Translations under genes and position numbers: made by a program | DNA from: Candidatus Marinacidobacterales bacterium | GTDB lineage: Bacteria; Acidobacteriota; Vicinamibacteria; Marinacidobacterales; DATDRI01 | Assembly: GCA_965219415.1 (NCBI GenBank) | Contig: OZ244742.1 | Coordinates: 71,082 to 135,081 of the forward strand | Length of the DNA stretch: 64,000 nucleotides | Direction of reading: 5' to 3' | Shown: piece after piece, positions 11,328 to 21,120 of the stretch | Numbering within the stretch: the stretch's first letter is position 1 | Layout: every line of letters begins with the position of its first letter | Notes under the pieces: generated by a model | What the model was told of the DNA's origin: nothing | Seen by the model: the letters and a program-made list of their open reading frames with translations, nothing else | Database searches by the model: none

Positions 11328-12883
11328 TCGATGGTGGCGGGTGGTTTGGACGAAATATCGTATACCACGCGATTGACCCCGCGGACCTCACCGATGATCC
11401 GACTGGACACTCTTTCGAGAAGCTCCGGTGGTAGTTTGGCCCAATCCGCGGTCATACCGTCTACGCTTTCCACCGCGCGGATGGCGATCGCGTTTTCATA
11501 TGTGCGGGCGTCACCCATCACCCCTACACTTTTCACCGGCAGGAGGACCGCGAAGGACTGCCAGAGCTTCTCGTACAGACCTCCGCCCTTGATCTCCGAC
11601 TGGAGGATATCGTCCGCCTCGCGCAGGATGGCGCACCTCTCGGCGGTGACACCACCGAGAATTCGCACCGCCAAGCCGGGGCCGGGGAAGGGTTGCCGCT
11701 GGACGAACGTCTGATCGAGTCCGAGCTCAACACCTAACTGACGCACTTCGTCTTTGAAGAGCTCACGGAGTGGTTCGATGAGCTTGAACTTGAGCCGGCG
11801 TGGGAGGCCACCGACGTTGTGATGACTCTTGATCACGTGAGAAGCTCCGCGCAGCGACACGCTCTCGATCACGTCCGGATACAAGGTCCCTTGGGCCAAG
11901 AAACGAACGTCGGGAATCTTGCGGGCCTCCTCTTCGAAGACCGCGATGAACTCCCGGCCGATGATCTTTCGTTTCTTTTCCGGATCGGCCACGTTCTTGA
12001 GTCGCCGGAGAAAACGCGAAGAGGCATCCGCATGAATAACCTTGAGATGCAGTCTCTCTCCGAATCGCTCCATCACTTGTGCCGCTTCGTTCTTCCGTAG
12101 GAGGCCGTTGTCCACGAAAACCGATGTGAGGCGGTCGCCGATGGCTCGGTGCACCAGAAGCGCGGTAACCGCGGAGTCGACTCCACCGGAAAGCGCGCAT
12201 ACCACCGAGTCCGAACCGACCATTTCGCGAATCCGTTCCACGGACTCGCGGGTGAAGGAGCTCATGCTCCAATCCCCGGTAAGCGCACACACATCGAACG
12301 CGAAGTTTCGCAGGATCGCGGTGCCTTGCTCGGTGTGCGCGACCTCGGGGTGGAATTGCACTCCGAACAGCCCGCGGTCCACCTCTTCGAAGGCCGCGAC
12401 CGGTGCCGACTCGGTGTGGGCAGTGACTTGGAACCCGGGTGGTGCTTTTTCGATGGAGTCCCCGTGGCTCGCCCAGACTCGAAGCGGAGAAGGAATACTT
12501 GCGAACAACCGACTCGAGCCGTTGAAGTGGAGGTTGGCGTACCCGTACTCCCGGCGCTCGGCGGCGCGAACTTCGGAGCCAAGCATCTGACTCATGAGCT
12601 GCATGCCGTAGCAGATCCCAAGGACGGGAACGCCCAGCTCTAGAAGACTCGAGCTGCAGCGCGGTGCGTCGGGCTCATAAACGCTCTGCGGGCCACCGGA
12701 AAGAATCAGGCCTCGGAGGGTACTCTGCGGGCTCCGAAGCCGCCGGTGGATTTCGTCCAGTGGCACGGAAAACGGAAGAATCTCGCAGTAGACCGACACC
12801 TCGCGGAGCCGGCGGGCGATCAACTGCGTATACTGGGAGCCGAAATCGAGTATGAGAACGGTTGCGTGCGCCCTGACTGCCAT
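11318..12883 (-). CDS. guaA: GMP synthase (glutamine-hydrolysing)
   Basis: 521 aa. GATase domain ([10 protein letters not shown]), ATP-PPase motif SGGVDS and C-terminus ...PPATIEWE. Confidence 0.95.
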   Translation of the reverse strand: MAVRAHATVLILDFGSQYTQLIARRLREVSVYCEILPFSVPLDEIHRRLRSPQSTLRGLILSGGPQSVYEPDAPRCSSSLLELGVPVLGICYGMQLMSQMLGSEVRAAERREYGYANLHFNGSSRLFASIPSPLRVWASHGDSIEKAPPGFQVTAHTESAPVAAFEEVDRGLFGVQFHPEVAHTEQGTAILRNFAFDVCALTGDWSMSSFTRESVERIREMVGSDSVVCALSGGVDSAVTALLVHRAIGDRLTSVFVDNGLLRKNEAAQVMERFGERLHLKVIHADASSRFLRRLKNVADPEKKRKIIGREFIAVFEEEARKIPDVRFLAQGTLYPDVIESVSLRGASHVIKSHHNVGGLPRRLKFKLIEPLRELFKDEVRQLGVELGLDQTFVQRQPFPGPGLAVRILGGVTAERCAILREADDILQSEIKGGGLYEKLWQSFAVLLPVKSVGVMGDARTYENAIAIRAVESVDGMTADWAKLPPELLERVSSRIIGEVRGVNRVVYDISSKPPATIEWE

Positions 12884-13001
12884 AGAATCTATTGAAGTGA
12901 CGCATTATAAGCATGTAGCCTCCGGAACACAAGAACTAGTTATCCAGGAGGGCAGCCATCTTGTATCTTTAGGAGTGCTTGACTTCCTGCTCCCCACACC
13001 T

Positions 13002-14369
13002 ATGATGTCGAACCTGGTGTCTTCCATCGTTCTGGGTATCCTTTTGGCAGCCTCGGGCGCGTCGGCCTTCGGACATCCCCCTGGCCTCTCCCAAACCCAA
13101 CAACAGCAAGAGCCGGAAAAGACTGAACAGCCTGAAGCGGCCGAACCCCCGGCGGAAAAACAAGCTCAGGAGGCACAGTCCGCCGAGGAGGAGGGTGCTG
13201 AGCAAGTCGATGCGGACGGCGATGAGGAGAAAGGTCCCAAGAGGCAGCCGGGTTTGCTTCCTCTGGTGCCGCTAGCGGAAGTCGATCTGGACGCTCGCCC
13301 GGTGGGACCGGCCCTCGTTTTCGAGGACTCCCTCATCGTCGTCACCGAGGCCGGCACAGCCATGCGTCTCGACGGCAAGACGGGCGAACTACTATGGAAG
13401 CTGGGCCTCCCCGGGAGTGGACTACTGCCGCCTTCCCTCTTTTCCGAGACGCTTCTCCTCGTCGACCGATCGGGTACGTTGTTTTTCATCGATCCACTCA
13501 CGGGAACGATCGTGGACGAGCTGCCGACGCATGTCTCGCCTATCTTGCCCCCGCGCTCGATGGGAGAGACGATCTTCTTGGCAGCCGCCGACTCGGTGGT
13601 CATCGGCTATCACGTTGAGAGGAAACAGGAGGTTTGGCGCGCCGCGGTCGAGGACACGCCGCTGGCGATGGCCGTCGGGGGCGACTTGCTCCTGGTCTCC
13701 GATGGGACCGGCGCTCTTCACGCGCTCGACTCGAAAACCGGTCTCCAGCAATGGCAGTTTCAGGGACGCGGAACCTTCCCTGCGCCGGCCGTATTCGACG
13801 CAAGCAACGAAAGACTCTTCATCGGGGATACCGGAGGCGTCTTTTATTCCCTTTCCGCCCGTAACGGCAAAGTTCACTATCGATGGCCAACGGGCGCGGC
13901 GGTCCCGCTGGCGGCGCTCGTCGAAGAGGACCGTATCTTTGTTGCCACCTACGCCAACACCCTCTTTTGCTATCGTCCCGGGAACGGCCATGAGCTCTGG
14001 AGGGCCAATCTGCCCGGCCGACCCGCGGCGTCCCCCCAACGCGCACGACGGCGCGTCGTGGTGGTGACCTTCGATGGACAGGTCGCCGAGTACGGCTCCG
14101 GCGGAACGAGTGACACCCCCCTTTACACGGCCCCCACGGCCATACTCCCGACGCCTACTCTCATGCCAGGGGGGCTCGCCTTGCCCTTACTTTCGGGACG
14201 CTTGCTCCTTTTACAAACCCAAGCGCCTGTTCCCAAAATCGAGCCCGGTGAAGAGGGAGCCTTGGAGGGCGAGCTCGAGGGAGCGCCGGAGGAAGAGGTG
14301 GAAGGCGAGTCGGAGGGTGAGGCACCGACTGAAAGAACCAATCCGACGGTCCCGCCCACGCCGAAGTAG
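13002..14369 (+). CDS. PQQ-like beta-propeller repeat protein (BamB-like), secreted, with an acidic low-complexity N-terminal linker
   Basis: Start moved to the ATG at 13002 (MMSNLVSSIVLGILLAASGASAFG signal). Repeated motifs of the type G.L.ALD..TG...W are present, e.g. GALHALDSKTGLQQWQF. Confidence 0.7.
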   Translation: MMSNLVSSIVLGILLAASGASAFGHPPGLSQTQQQQEPEKTEQPEAAEPPAEKQAQEAQSAEEEGAEQVDADGDEEKGPKRQPGLLPLVPLAEVDLDARPVGPALVFEDSLIVVTEAGTAMRLDGKTGELLWKLGLPGSGLLPPSLFSETLLLVDRSGTLFFIDPLTGTIVDELPTHVSPILPPRSMGETIFLAAADSVVIGYHVERKQEVWRAAVEDTPLAMAVGGDLLLVSDGTGALHALDSKTGLQQWQFQGRGTFPAPAVFDASNERLFIGDTGGVFYSLSARNGKVHYRWPTGAAVPLAALVEEDRIFVATYANTLFCYRPGNGHELWRANLPGRPAASPQRARRRVVVVTFDGQVAEYGSGGTSDTPLYTAPTAILPTPTLMPGGLALPLLSGRLLLLQTQAPVPKIEPGEEGALEGELEGAPEEEVEGESEGEAPTERTNPTVPPTPK

Positions 14370-14471
14370 GACGGAAGTGTCCTAGAAAAAGACCCTTCCC
14401 AGGCTCTGAATTCACGAAATCCCGCGCCAGACACCGGCCGAGCCTTGGAACAGAACCTGCGGTATGAACGT

Positions 14472-14508
14472 TCCTTTACTCCTTTACTCCTTTACTCCTT
14501 TACTCCCT
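14472..14508. repeat. 8-bp tandem repeat (TCCTTTAC) x4 plus a partial copy, intergenic
   Basis: Read directly: ttcctttactcctttactcctttactcctttactccctc. Confidence 0.9.
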
Positions 14509-14639
14509 CAGGGAGATTTGGCCGTCAAAATGCGCAGTGCCGAGAAACAAGGTGGTCAGACGGCGGGTGAGGGTGGTTTATCAGGAAGCTTTGACAGTCT
14601 ATGTACGGGAAAGCTAAGATGGTGTTGGGTTTCTACAAG

Positions 14640-15164
14640 ATGCGATACTTTCAACACGTAGCCCTATGGGCCGTGCCGGTGATGATTGCCATCCTGGCCG
14701 CTGCCACAAGTGGACTGGTGGCGGCTCAAGAAGCCCCTCGCCAGTTTTACTCCGTCAAGCGCCTGGTATCCGATTCCGAACGGGATCGAGATGAAGGACT
14801 TCAGCAAAGAATCCATCAGGTACGACTTTCGTTCATGGAACGAGAGACCGAGCTCCTGGAAGAGTGCTTCAGCGGCAAGAAGGTGTTCATCTCCTTGAGA
14901 TCGAAAAAGACCGAGCCGGGGTACTACACCCGCAGCCAGCTTCACTTTATTTTCGACAATCTTTTCGAGGATTTGCAGACCCGCACTTTCAAGTACTCGC
15001 CAGCCGACATCAGCATCTCCAAAGACGGAAGGGCCTTCTTCCGTTCCGAGTGGACCTACATGGTGCTGGGATCGGACACGGTCGTGACCGAGCATCTGCA
15101 TTTTTCGTTCGAGAAGGAGAAGGGCGCCTGGCGAATCTTCGAGCTCAAGTCTGTCTCTAAGTAA
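14640..15164 (+). CDS. Hypothetical secreted protein (about 174 aa)
   Basis: Start at the ATG at 14640 gives the signal MRYFQHVALWAVPVMIAILAAATSGLVAAQ. I recognise no motif. The compact alpha+beta composition may indicate an NTF2/SnoaL-like fold, but that is a guess. Confidence 0.55.
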   Translation: MRYFQHVALWAVPVMIAILAAATSGLVAAQEAPRQFYSVKRLVSDSERDRDEGLQQRIHQVRLSFMERETELLEECFSGKKVFISLRSKKTEPGYYTRSQLHFIFDNLFEDLQTRTFKYSPADISISKDGRAFFRSEWTYMVLGSDTVVTEHLHFSFEKEKGAWRIFELKSVSK

Positions 15165-15231
15165 CCTGAGATCTGGCTGGGCCCCTTGGTCTGGCGCCCC
15201 CGTCTGGTAAAGAACTCGCGCCCACGGAAGT

Positions 15232-18200
15232 ATGAAAACCCTCACCCTACCCTCTCCCGGAGGGAGAGGGAATGACGGAAGGAAGCCAACGTCCACTACC
15301 CTGGCCGCCCGCGTTGCTCTCTCCATTGCTTTCCTGGTCTTCCTCACGACGCTGGCGGACGTGGCTTCTGGCCACGCTCTGCTCCCACTCCAGGGAGCCG
15401 TCGTCGTTGTCCTCCTTTCGATCGTCGCACTGGCTACTCTAGCCCGCTCGGTGGATTTCCGTCACCAGCCCGTTCCCTTCGTGCTCTCGGCCAGTGTTCT
15501 GCTAGCGCTCGCCATTCGCTTCGGTGGGTACGAAACCGTCGCCCAACGCTCACCCGAAGAGTGGACGGAGCTCAACCAACAGTATGGCGAATCGCTTGCG
15601 ACACGAGTGTCAGAGCGCTTCGCTGACTTGAGCCACCGTGCGCGCCTCATCGCGAAACGGCTCGCCGGGGAGCCAGACCTTCTCGAGGCGGTCGCCGAAT
15701 CGGAGACGCGCGAGGTCGTCGCGGCCGCGTTCCAAAAACTGGAAAACACGCGTCTCCCCCAGCCACTGGCACAGAACATCGAGGCGACCCCCGGCGCCGT
15801 CCTCTACGACCGATACCTCGACCCTCTGGCCTGGACGGGTAAGACGGTCGACCTCGCGCCCTACTTCGAGACCCTCGAGGGGGAAGCAATTAGTCAGGTT
15901 TTCATTTTCGAGCAAGGTGTCTTCACCCACTTGGTTGTGATCGAACCGCTGGCCAGCGGGAATGGAAGCCTCAGTATCGAGATCCCCCTCGATGCGCGCC
16001 GCCGCATCGACAATCGCTACCTTAGCGACTTCGACGTCGTTAGTAGTTGGTCCGGCAAGAGCGTGTCGACGGATTTCGTCGACGTTCGTGAAACGGCACC
16101 TGAGCTCACTCTCTTCTTCGATAGAAGCGGTGACCGCTACTGGGGGGGTACCGAGCTAGCTCCGGTTTTCTACTTCCCGCTTCGTCCCCCTTCGGGTGAG
16201 TTGCTGGGTGTCGTGTCCCTGGCAGCCGAAGCTCCCGCCGCCGCGCTGCTCGAACGCCGGCGCGCCACCCAACACGTAGCCGGCCTCAGCCTAACCCTGG
16301 CAGCGCTCTTCACCGTCATTTGGTTAGGCATCAAGCTTTGGCGCCGCTACACCGCCATCAACGCGTTGGTTTTCGTGGGTGGTTTGTGGGGACTACGATT
16401 GATCCTCTCGTCGGCCCGGCTGCCCTTGGGCTTCGGCACCGCACTCGACAACCCCGCCCACTATGCGTCCGATCTTTTCTTCGACTTCTTCGGCTCACCC
16501 ATAGACTTCTTCATAAGCGGTCTATTCATCCTCTTGTCGGTGGTCACGCTTTGTTTTCCCGTCCTTGCGAAGCGAGGCGGGCAAGCCCACCGTCCCCGGG
16601 GTTGGCTAAGCACCCTTCTGGCTCACGGGTCGACACGTGTGGCCGCGCTCGCTCTACTGCTCCTGACTTTGGGAATCCTTTCGGACACATGGAGCAATTC
16701 CAACCTGCCCTTGGCGTCGCCGGGCCTCATTCCACCGGCTCTGTCTCGCTTGGCCGTGCAACTGGCGTTGCTCACGCTGTTGTTCACTACGGGGATCTTG
16801 ATCGTCTCGCTCATCGCGCTCGTCGAAAGGATGAGCAAGGGGGGCCACGGCCGTTCGCTCGATAGGCTTGCTCGGTATTGGGCGTTGGACCTCCTGGTTT
16901 TCGCTTTCGCCTATTCCATCGTCGCGCGGGGCGCCGAGTCAGCGACTCTCCCGCTCGCGCTGCCGCTCTTGTTGGCCTTCGAATTCTTGGCTTTCGCTCG
17001 GGCTGGGTTCGTCACCAAACTACAGCAAGGCGGTGTCTATTCCCGGTTTGCGGCGCTCTTTCTCGCCCTTTTCGTGCCGGTTCTCGCGTTTTACCCCGCG
17101 ATCGCCTACTACGAGAACCGCGTCGCCCGAGATTTCATTCAAGGGACGGTGGCTCCGCTCGTACTTCACCAAGGTGATTCCCAGCTCTACGTCATGCGTG
17201 AGACGTTGAGGACGATCGAGCGTATGCAGTCGGCCGGACAACTCGCCGCGGCGGACCGCGACCAGATAGCGTATCGAGTGTGGTCGGAGTCGGATCTCTC
17301 TGTTTTCGCATTGAGCTCGGCGGTCGACGTGTTCGACGAGGAGGGGACGCTGGTTTCCCGTTTCGCGCTCAATTTCCCAGACACCGAGCTCGGTTGGCAC
17401 CAGCCGGAAGGTCCGCCTCCGGAAGAATGGCTTATCGACGAGGAGACCTACCCGGGAGAGCCCAACCGCCCACGAGTGTTCCACGCCCGCCGGGGATTCC
17501 CCACCGAGGACGGGAGCCAATGGGACTTTCAGGTTCGGTTAGTGGCGGACTGGAGCAATTTGGCTTTCATCGCGACTCGGAGCCCGTACGTGGACTTGTT
17601 TCGCTCTCCCGCCGCGGAGACTCCCCTGCCATTCTCGCATCGAGAACTAACACTCTACGTGTTCGATGGAGACGGTAGCCGGATTTTTCCGCACGAGCCG
17701 ACGCTCTCACTCGACTTGATGGACTCGGGAGCGAAAGATTCGGCGGAATCCGAGCCTCGGTGGGTCGAGCAATATCTGGAGGCCAATCGTTATTACACTC
17801 TGATCTTTTCCGATTCCCAGTACGTGTACGCTCTCGCCTTTCCCGCGAAGCCATGGCTGGGATACGGGGCCGATGTTGCGGGCTGGGCGATTCTCGTTGC
17901 ACTCATCACCTTGGCCTTGTTGTCAATCCCCATGTGGATCGGGCTGTTAGGTGGTCCGAAAACCCTCCGCCCGAGTGACGTGTGGGCCGAGGTCGGGACG
18001 AGTTTCTACGGCAAGCTCTTCGTCGCCTTCGTTCTCCTTGCGCTCATCCCCATCGCATCTCTCGCGTTTCTAGTGCGCGGGATCATGGTCCAACAACTCC
18101 AACAAGACGTAGAGCAAGAGGGCATCGCGCGTGCGAGAGTCGTCAGTCGCTTCGTCCGTGACTACCTTTTGCTCGACAGAATCGACGCCAGCGAAAGAGG

Positions 18201-19479
18201 CGTCGCCGCGGTGAGCGACCCTCTATTGGAATGGGTCAGCAGCCTCGTCAAGGCCGACGTCGATCTGTATAGCCGGGGCGAACTGGTAGCGACCAGCGAA
18301 AGAGAGCTCTTCGACAGCGGACTCCTTCCCACCCGCGCTGTCCCCGCGGTCTATCGAGAGGTCGTCTTGGCGCGCGCCAACCACTCCATCCACCACGAGT
18401 CCGTGGGGGCGTTCCAGTATTTAGTGGTGTCGGTTCCCATCGAGCTCGAGCGTTGGCGGGAACCGGGAATCTTGTCCCTTCCATTGACGAGTCGGCAACG
18501 CGAGTCCGACGAACGCGTGGCAGCGCTCAATCAAATGGTCCTGTTGGCCGCATTATGTTTTTTCTTGATCGCGGCGGCGTTGGCCTATTTGTTGGCGCGC
18601 AGGATCGCCGGCCCCATCAACACCCTGACCGCCACCACCCAAAGCGTGGCGCAAGGCGACTTCGACGTGAGCCTGGATACTTCCTCACGGGATGAGATCG
18701 GTGCCCTCTTCCGAAGCTTCAACCAAATGACGACCAACTTGAAACGTCAGCGCGAGCACCTCGAGCGGACTAAGAAGCTCGAAGCTTGGGCGGAGATGGC
18801 CCGCCAAGTCGCACACGAAATCAAAAACCCTCTTACGCCGATTCAGCTCTCTACCGAGCATCTTTTGCGCGTCTATCAGGACCCGGACGTCGATTTCGAT
18901 GAAGTGCTGAAGGGCTGCTCCGATACGATCCTGGCGCAAATACAGACCCTCCGCAGGATCTCGATGGAGTTCTCCTCCTTCGCATCTCCGTTTCCGCTCA
19001 GCCCCGAGCCCACGGACCTGGAGCGGTTGCTCAAAGAGACCCTCGAGCCTTACCGGCAGGCACCTCCGCCAGGAGTGAGCATCGAAATTGACGCATCGCC
19101 TTCCCTTCCGACGATCACCGTGGATCGGCGGATCATCCAGCGCGCGGTGATCAACTTGGTGGAGAACTCGTTGAACGCCTTGAACGGCGGCGGCGGCGTG
19201 TCCGTCTCGTTGCGCCCAAGCCATTCGGACGGACAGGACTGGGTGGAGATGGAGATCTCCGACACCGGAGCGGGGATCGATCGGGAAACGCTCGCGCGCA
19301 TCTTCGAGCCTTACTTTTCGACCCGCGCCGCGGGGACAGGGCTCGGGCTCGCCATCGTGCGCAAGGCAGTGGAAGAGCACGGGGGAGACATTTCCGTGGA
19401 GAGTGAGACCGGAAGGGGCACGCGCGTACTTGTAAAACTTCCCGTGGAGCCTGGGCAAGACAAAACCGACGCCAGTTGA
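15232..19479 (+). CDS. Very large (1415 aa) multi-pass sensor histidine kinase with an NtrY-like HAMP/HisKA/HATPase C-terminus
   Basis: Many hydrophobic segments across the first ~1050 aa. HAMP region ..GPINTLTATTQSVAQGDFDV...DEIGALFRSFNQMT... H-box AHEIKNPLTPIQLS at 18811-18840. N and G boxes ENSLNA, DTGAGI, GTGLGLAIV. Confidence 0.85.
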   Translation: MKTLTLPSPGGRGNDGRKPTSTTLAARVALSIAFLVFLTTLADVASGHALLPLQGAVVVVLLSIVALATLARSVDFRHQPVPFVLSASVLLALAIRFGGYETVAQRSPEEWTELNQQYGESLATRVSERFADLSHRARLIAKRLAGEPDLLEAVAESETREVVAAAFQKLENTRLPQPLAQNIEATPGAVLYDRYLDPLAWTGKTVDLAPYFETLEGEAISQVFIFEQGVFTHLVVIEPLASGNGSLSIEIPLDARRRIDNRYLSDFDVVSSWSGKSVSTDFVDVRETAPELTLFFDRSGDRYWGGTELAPVFYFPLRPPSGELLGVVSLAAEAPAAALLERRRATQHVAGLSLTLAALFTVIWLGIKLWRRYTAINALVFVGGLWGLRLILSSARLPLGFGTALDNPAHYASDLFFDFFGSPIDFFISGLFILLSVVTLCFPVLAKRGGQAHRPRGWLSTLLAHGSTRVAALALLLLTLGILSDTWSNSNLPLASPGLIPPALSRLAVQLALLTLLFTTGILIVSLIALVERMSKGGHGRSLDRLARYWALDLLVFAFAYSIVARGAESATLPLALPLLLAFEFLAFARAGFVTKLQQGGVYSRFAALFLALFVPVLAFYPAIAYYENRVARDFIQGTVAPLVLHQGDSQLYVMRETLRTIERMQSAGQLAAADRDQIAYRVWSESDLSVFALSSAVDVFDEEGTLVSRFALNFPDTELGWHQPEGPPPEEWLIDEETYPGEPNRPRVFHARRGFPTEDGSQWDFQVRLVADWSNLAFIATRSPYVDLFRSPAAETPLPFSHRELTLYVFDGDGSRIFPHEPTLSLDLMDSGAKDSAESEPRWVEQYLEANRYYTLIFSDSQYVYALAFPAKPWLGYGADVAGWAILVALITLALLSIPMWIGLLGGPKTLRPSDVWAEVGTSFYGKLFVAFVLLALIPIASLAFLVRGIMVQQLQQDVEQEGIARARVVSRFVRDYLLLDRIDASERGVAAVSDPLLEWVSSLVKADVDLYSRGELVATSERELFDSGLLPTRAVPAVYREVVLARANHSIHHESVGAFQYLVVSVPIELERWREPGILSLPLTSRQRESDERVAALNQMVLLAALCFFLIAAALAYLLARRIAGPINTLTATTQSVAQGDFDVSLDTSSRDEIGALFRSFNQMTTNLKRQREHLERTKKLEAWAEMARQVAHEIKNPLTPIQLSTEHLLRVYQDPDVDFDEVLKGCSDTILAQIQTLRRISMEFSSFASPFPLSPEPTDLERLLKETLEPYRQAPPPGVSIEIDASPSLPTITVDRRIIQRAVINLVENSLNALNGGGGVSVSLRPSHSDGQDWVEMEISDTGAGIDRETLARIFEPYFSTRAAGTGLGLAIVRKAVEEHGGDISVESETGRGTRVLVKLPVEPGQDKTDAS

Positions 19480-19671
19480 ACTGCGTATCTGGACCGAGTT
19501 GCCTCACTCACCGGCCCCGTTACTTCGCTCCCCACCCAGAGGCCAAGCAAGGACCGGCAGGGAGGGCCGCTTCTGGCCAGAGCTATCTAGTCGGGACCGC
19601 CGACCGCGACCCGGGGGTGTCTCGCACCGACCAGGGGCGCGGGCGGTAGGCCCTGCTTTCTCCAATGCAGA

Positions 19672-20599
19672 CTACGCCGGACAGTTAACGATCGGCGCGA
19701 GTGGCACGTCGGTGTCGTCAGCGATGACGGTATCCTTGCTGATGACCTCGCCGTTGCCGATGCGGACGCGGTCGCCGAGCTGGACATCTTTTTGGATGGT
19801 GGCGTCAGTACCGATCATCGTGTCGTTGCCGATGATTGCGCCCGAGTTGACCGACGTGCCATCACCAATACAGACTCCGTTCCCGATCGTCACATCCTTC
19901 GTGATCACCACGCCCGCACCTAAGATGACATCGTTGCCCACGTTGGCGCCCTTATCGATGATCGCGCCGTCCCCGATGATGACGCCGTCCCCGAGCATGA
20001 CATCGTCTGCGATGACCGCATCCAGCGCCACGCAGGCATCACCAAATCCGTCCATGTTGTCGTCCGTAGGCGATGTTTCCCTGAAGTATGTTCCTGGGCG
20101 AGGAAAGATCTAGGCGAAAACCCTCGCCCAAATGGTTGAAGGCCTGGTTCCTCTGGAGGGTGTTCCCGGACGAATCATTGAGCACGAAACCCCGGCCCGT
20201 GGAGTTACCGAGCCCCCAGGCCGCGTTGTCAGTGAGTGTGTTCCCAGAGGAACCGTTGAGGAAGAAGCCCCTCTGGAAGCGCATAACCAGGCAGTTCTTT
20301 ACTGTGACCCCAGTCCTCCCGGAGATGGTAATGCCGATCCCACTGCCGGGTCCCATGACCAGATGGCCAGCGCAATCCAGGATTACACCATCGGCTGTAA
20401 AGGAGATCGTACCGTTGTGCTGCTCCGTGAGAGTCGTGTCCGCCGCTATAGAAAGGTGGCCGGTAGTTGCGCTCACGGACGACGATATAGTTATCGCCGC
20501 AAGAAGCAGGACCAGAACGGAACAGAGACTTCCAGCGCCACCGTTCGGTACGCCGGGGAAGCCTTGCTTAGTGATTAAGGGGGATATCGGCTCACGCAT
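19672..20599 (-). CDS. Secreted beta-helix protein: signal peptide, right-handed parallel beta-helix (PbH1/NosD-like) repeats, then a hexapeptide-repeat C-terminus. The two ORFs join across a 1-nt indel near 20064-20065.
   Basis: ORF 20039..20806 from the ATG at 20599 has a signal (..SLCSVLVLLLAAITISSSVSA) and repeats (GNTLTDNAAWG.., GNTLQRNQAFN.., NILQGNIAY). ORF 19672..20055 is hexapeptide-like (VMLGDGVIIGDGAIIDKGANVGNDVILGAGVVI...). Removing one G gives the continuous reading ..QGNIAYDDNMDGFGDACVALD... Two separate overlapping genes are not excluded. Confidence 0.55.
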
Positions 20600-20705
20600 C
20601 ACCAAAGTTTGTCGCGCAAAAAGTAGGACTGCGTCCGGACAGAGTGGACTCGCCGGCACCCCGGTTTCGGCGGGTGCCAAGTCGCATCGAGCTCGGTCCG
20701 ACACC

Positions 20706-21120
20706 TTACGGGACGATACAGATGGAATCGCTTCCCTGTATGAGCGTGCCATCGAACAGTTCGCCGGTGACGGTGGCTGTGGTGTCGCCAGGGGAGAAAG
20801 CGCCATCGCTGTCCTCGATCTTCGTCAAACCCGTCTCCATTGACGTCTTCGACGTGGGCCAGGAGCTTATTGCTCTTGCCCACGACCCTGACGGCAATAC
20901 TCTCTAGTTTCACCGTCGCTGCGTCGACCTGCGTTACGTCGAAATCGACGCTTCCCAGGATGGCAACTGGGATAGCCCCATGGCCGTTGTTGTTGAAACA
21001 GTTGGGGTCGCTGCCCGGTTTGATGTCGATGTCGACGGTGATGATGTCCGGAAGAATGCGCCACTCAAACGTTCCCACTAAGTTGGCGTCTCTATTCGAA
21101 ATACCGCCGGTGGAAGTCAA
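20706..21120 (-). pseudogene. 3' fragment of a secreted-protein gene (DVNGDG / C-terminal ..GSDSICIVP domain). Truncated upstream by the IS256-family element and frameshifted at the A-run 20827-20829.
   Basis: ORF 20599..21495 frame reads ..ILPDIITVDIDIKPGSDPNCFNNNGHGAIPVAILGSVDFDVTQVDAATVKL...HVEDVNGDG. It continues in the ORF 20706..20897 frame as LTKIEDSDGAFSPGDTTATVTGELFDGTLIQGSDSICIVP*. There is no signal peptide or credible N-terminus. The upstream limit is approximate. Confidence 0.5.

Noticed and set aside
10680-11714. 344-aa plus-strand ORF
   Set aside because: It is antisense to the dnaE 5' end and the guaA 3' end, so it is a shadow ORF.
14464-14520. Repeat array considered as CRISPR-like
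   Set aside because: The units are 8 bp and contiguous, with no spacers. It is a simple microsatellite.
14664-15347. 227-aa minus-strand ORF
   Set aside because: It is antisense to the secreted-protein gene and to the start of the histidine kinase. It has no RBS or motif.
18685-19458. 257-aa minus-strand ORF
   Set aside because: It is antisense to the HisKA/HATPase region of the kinase.
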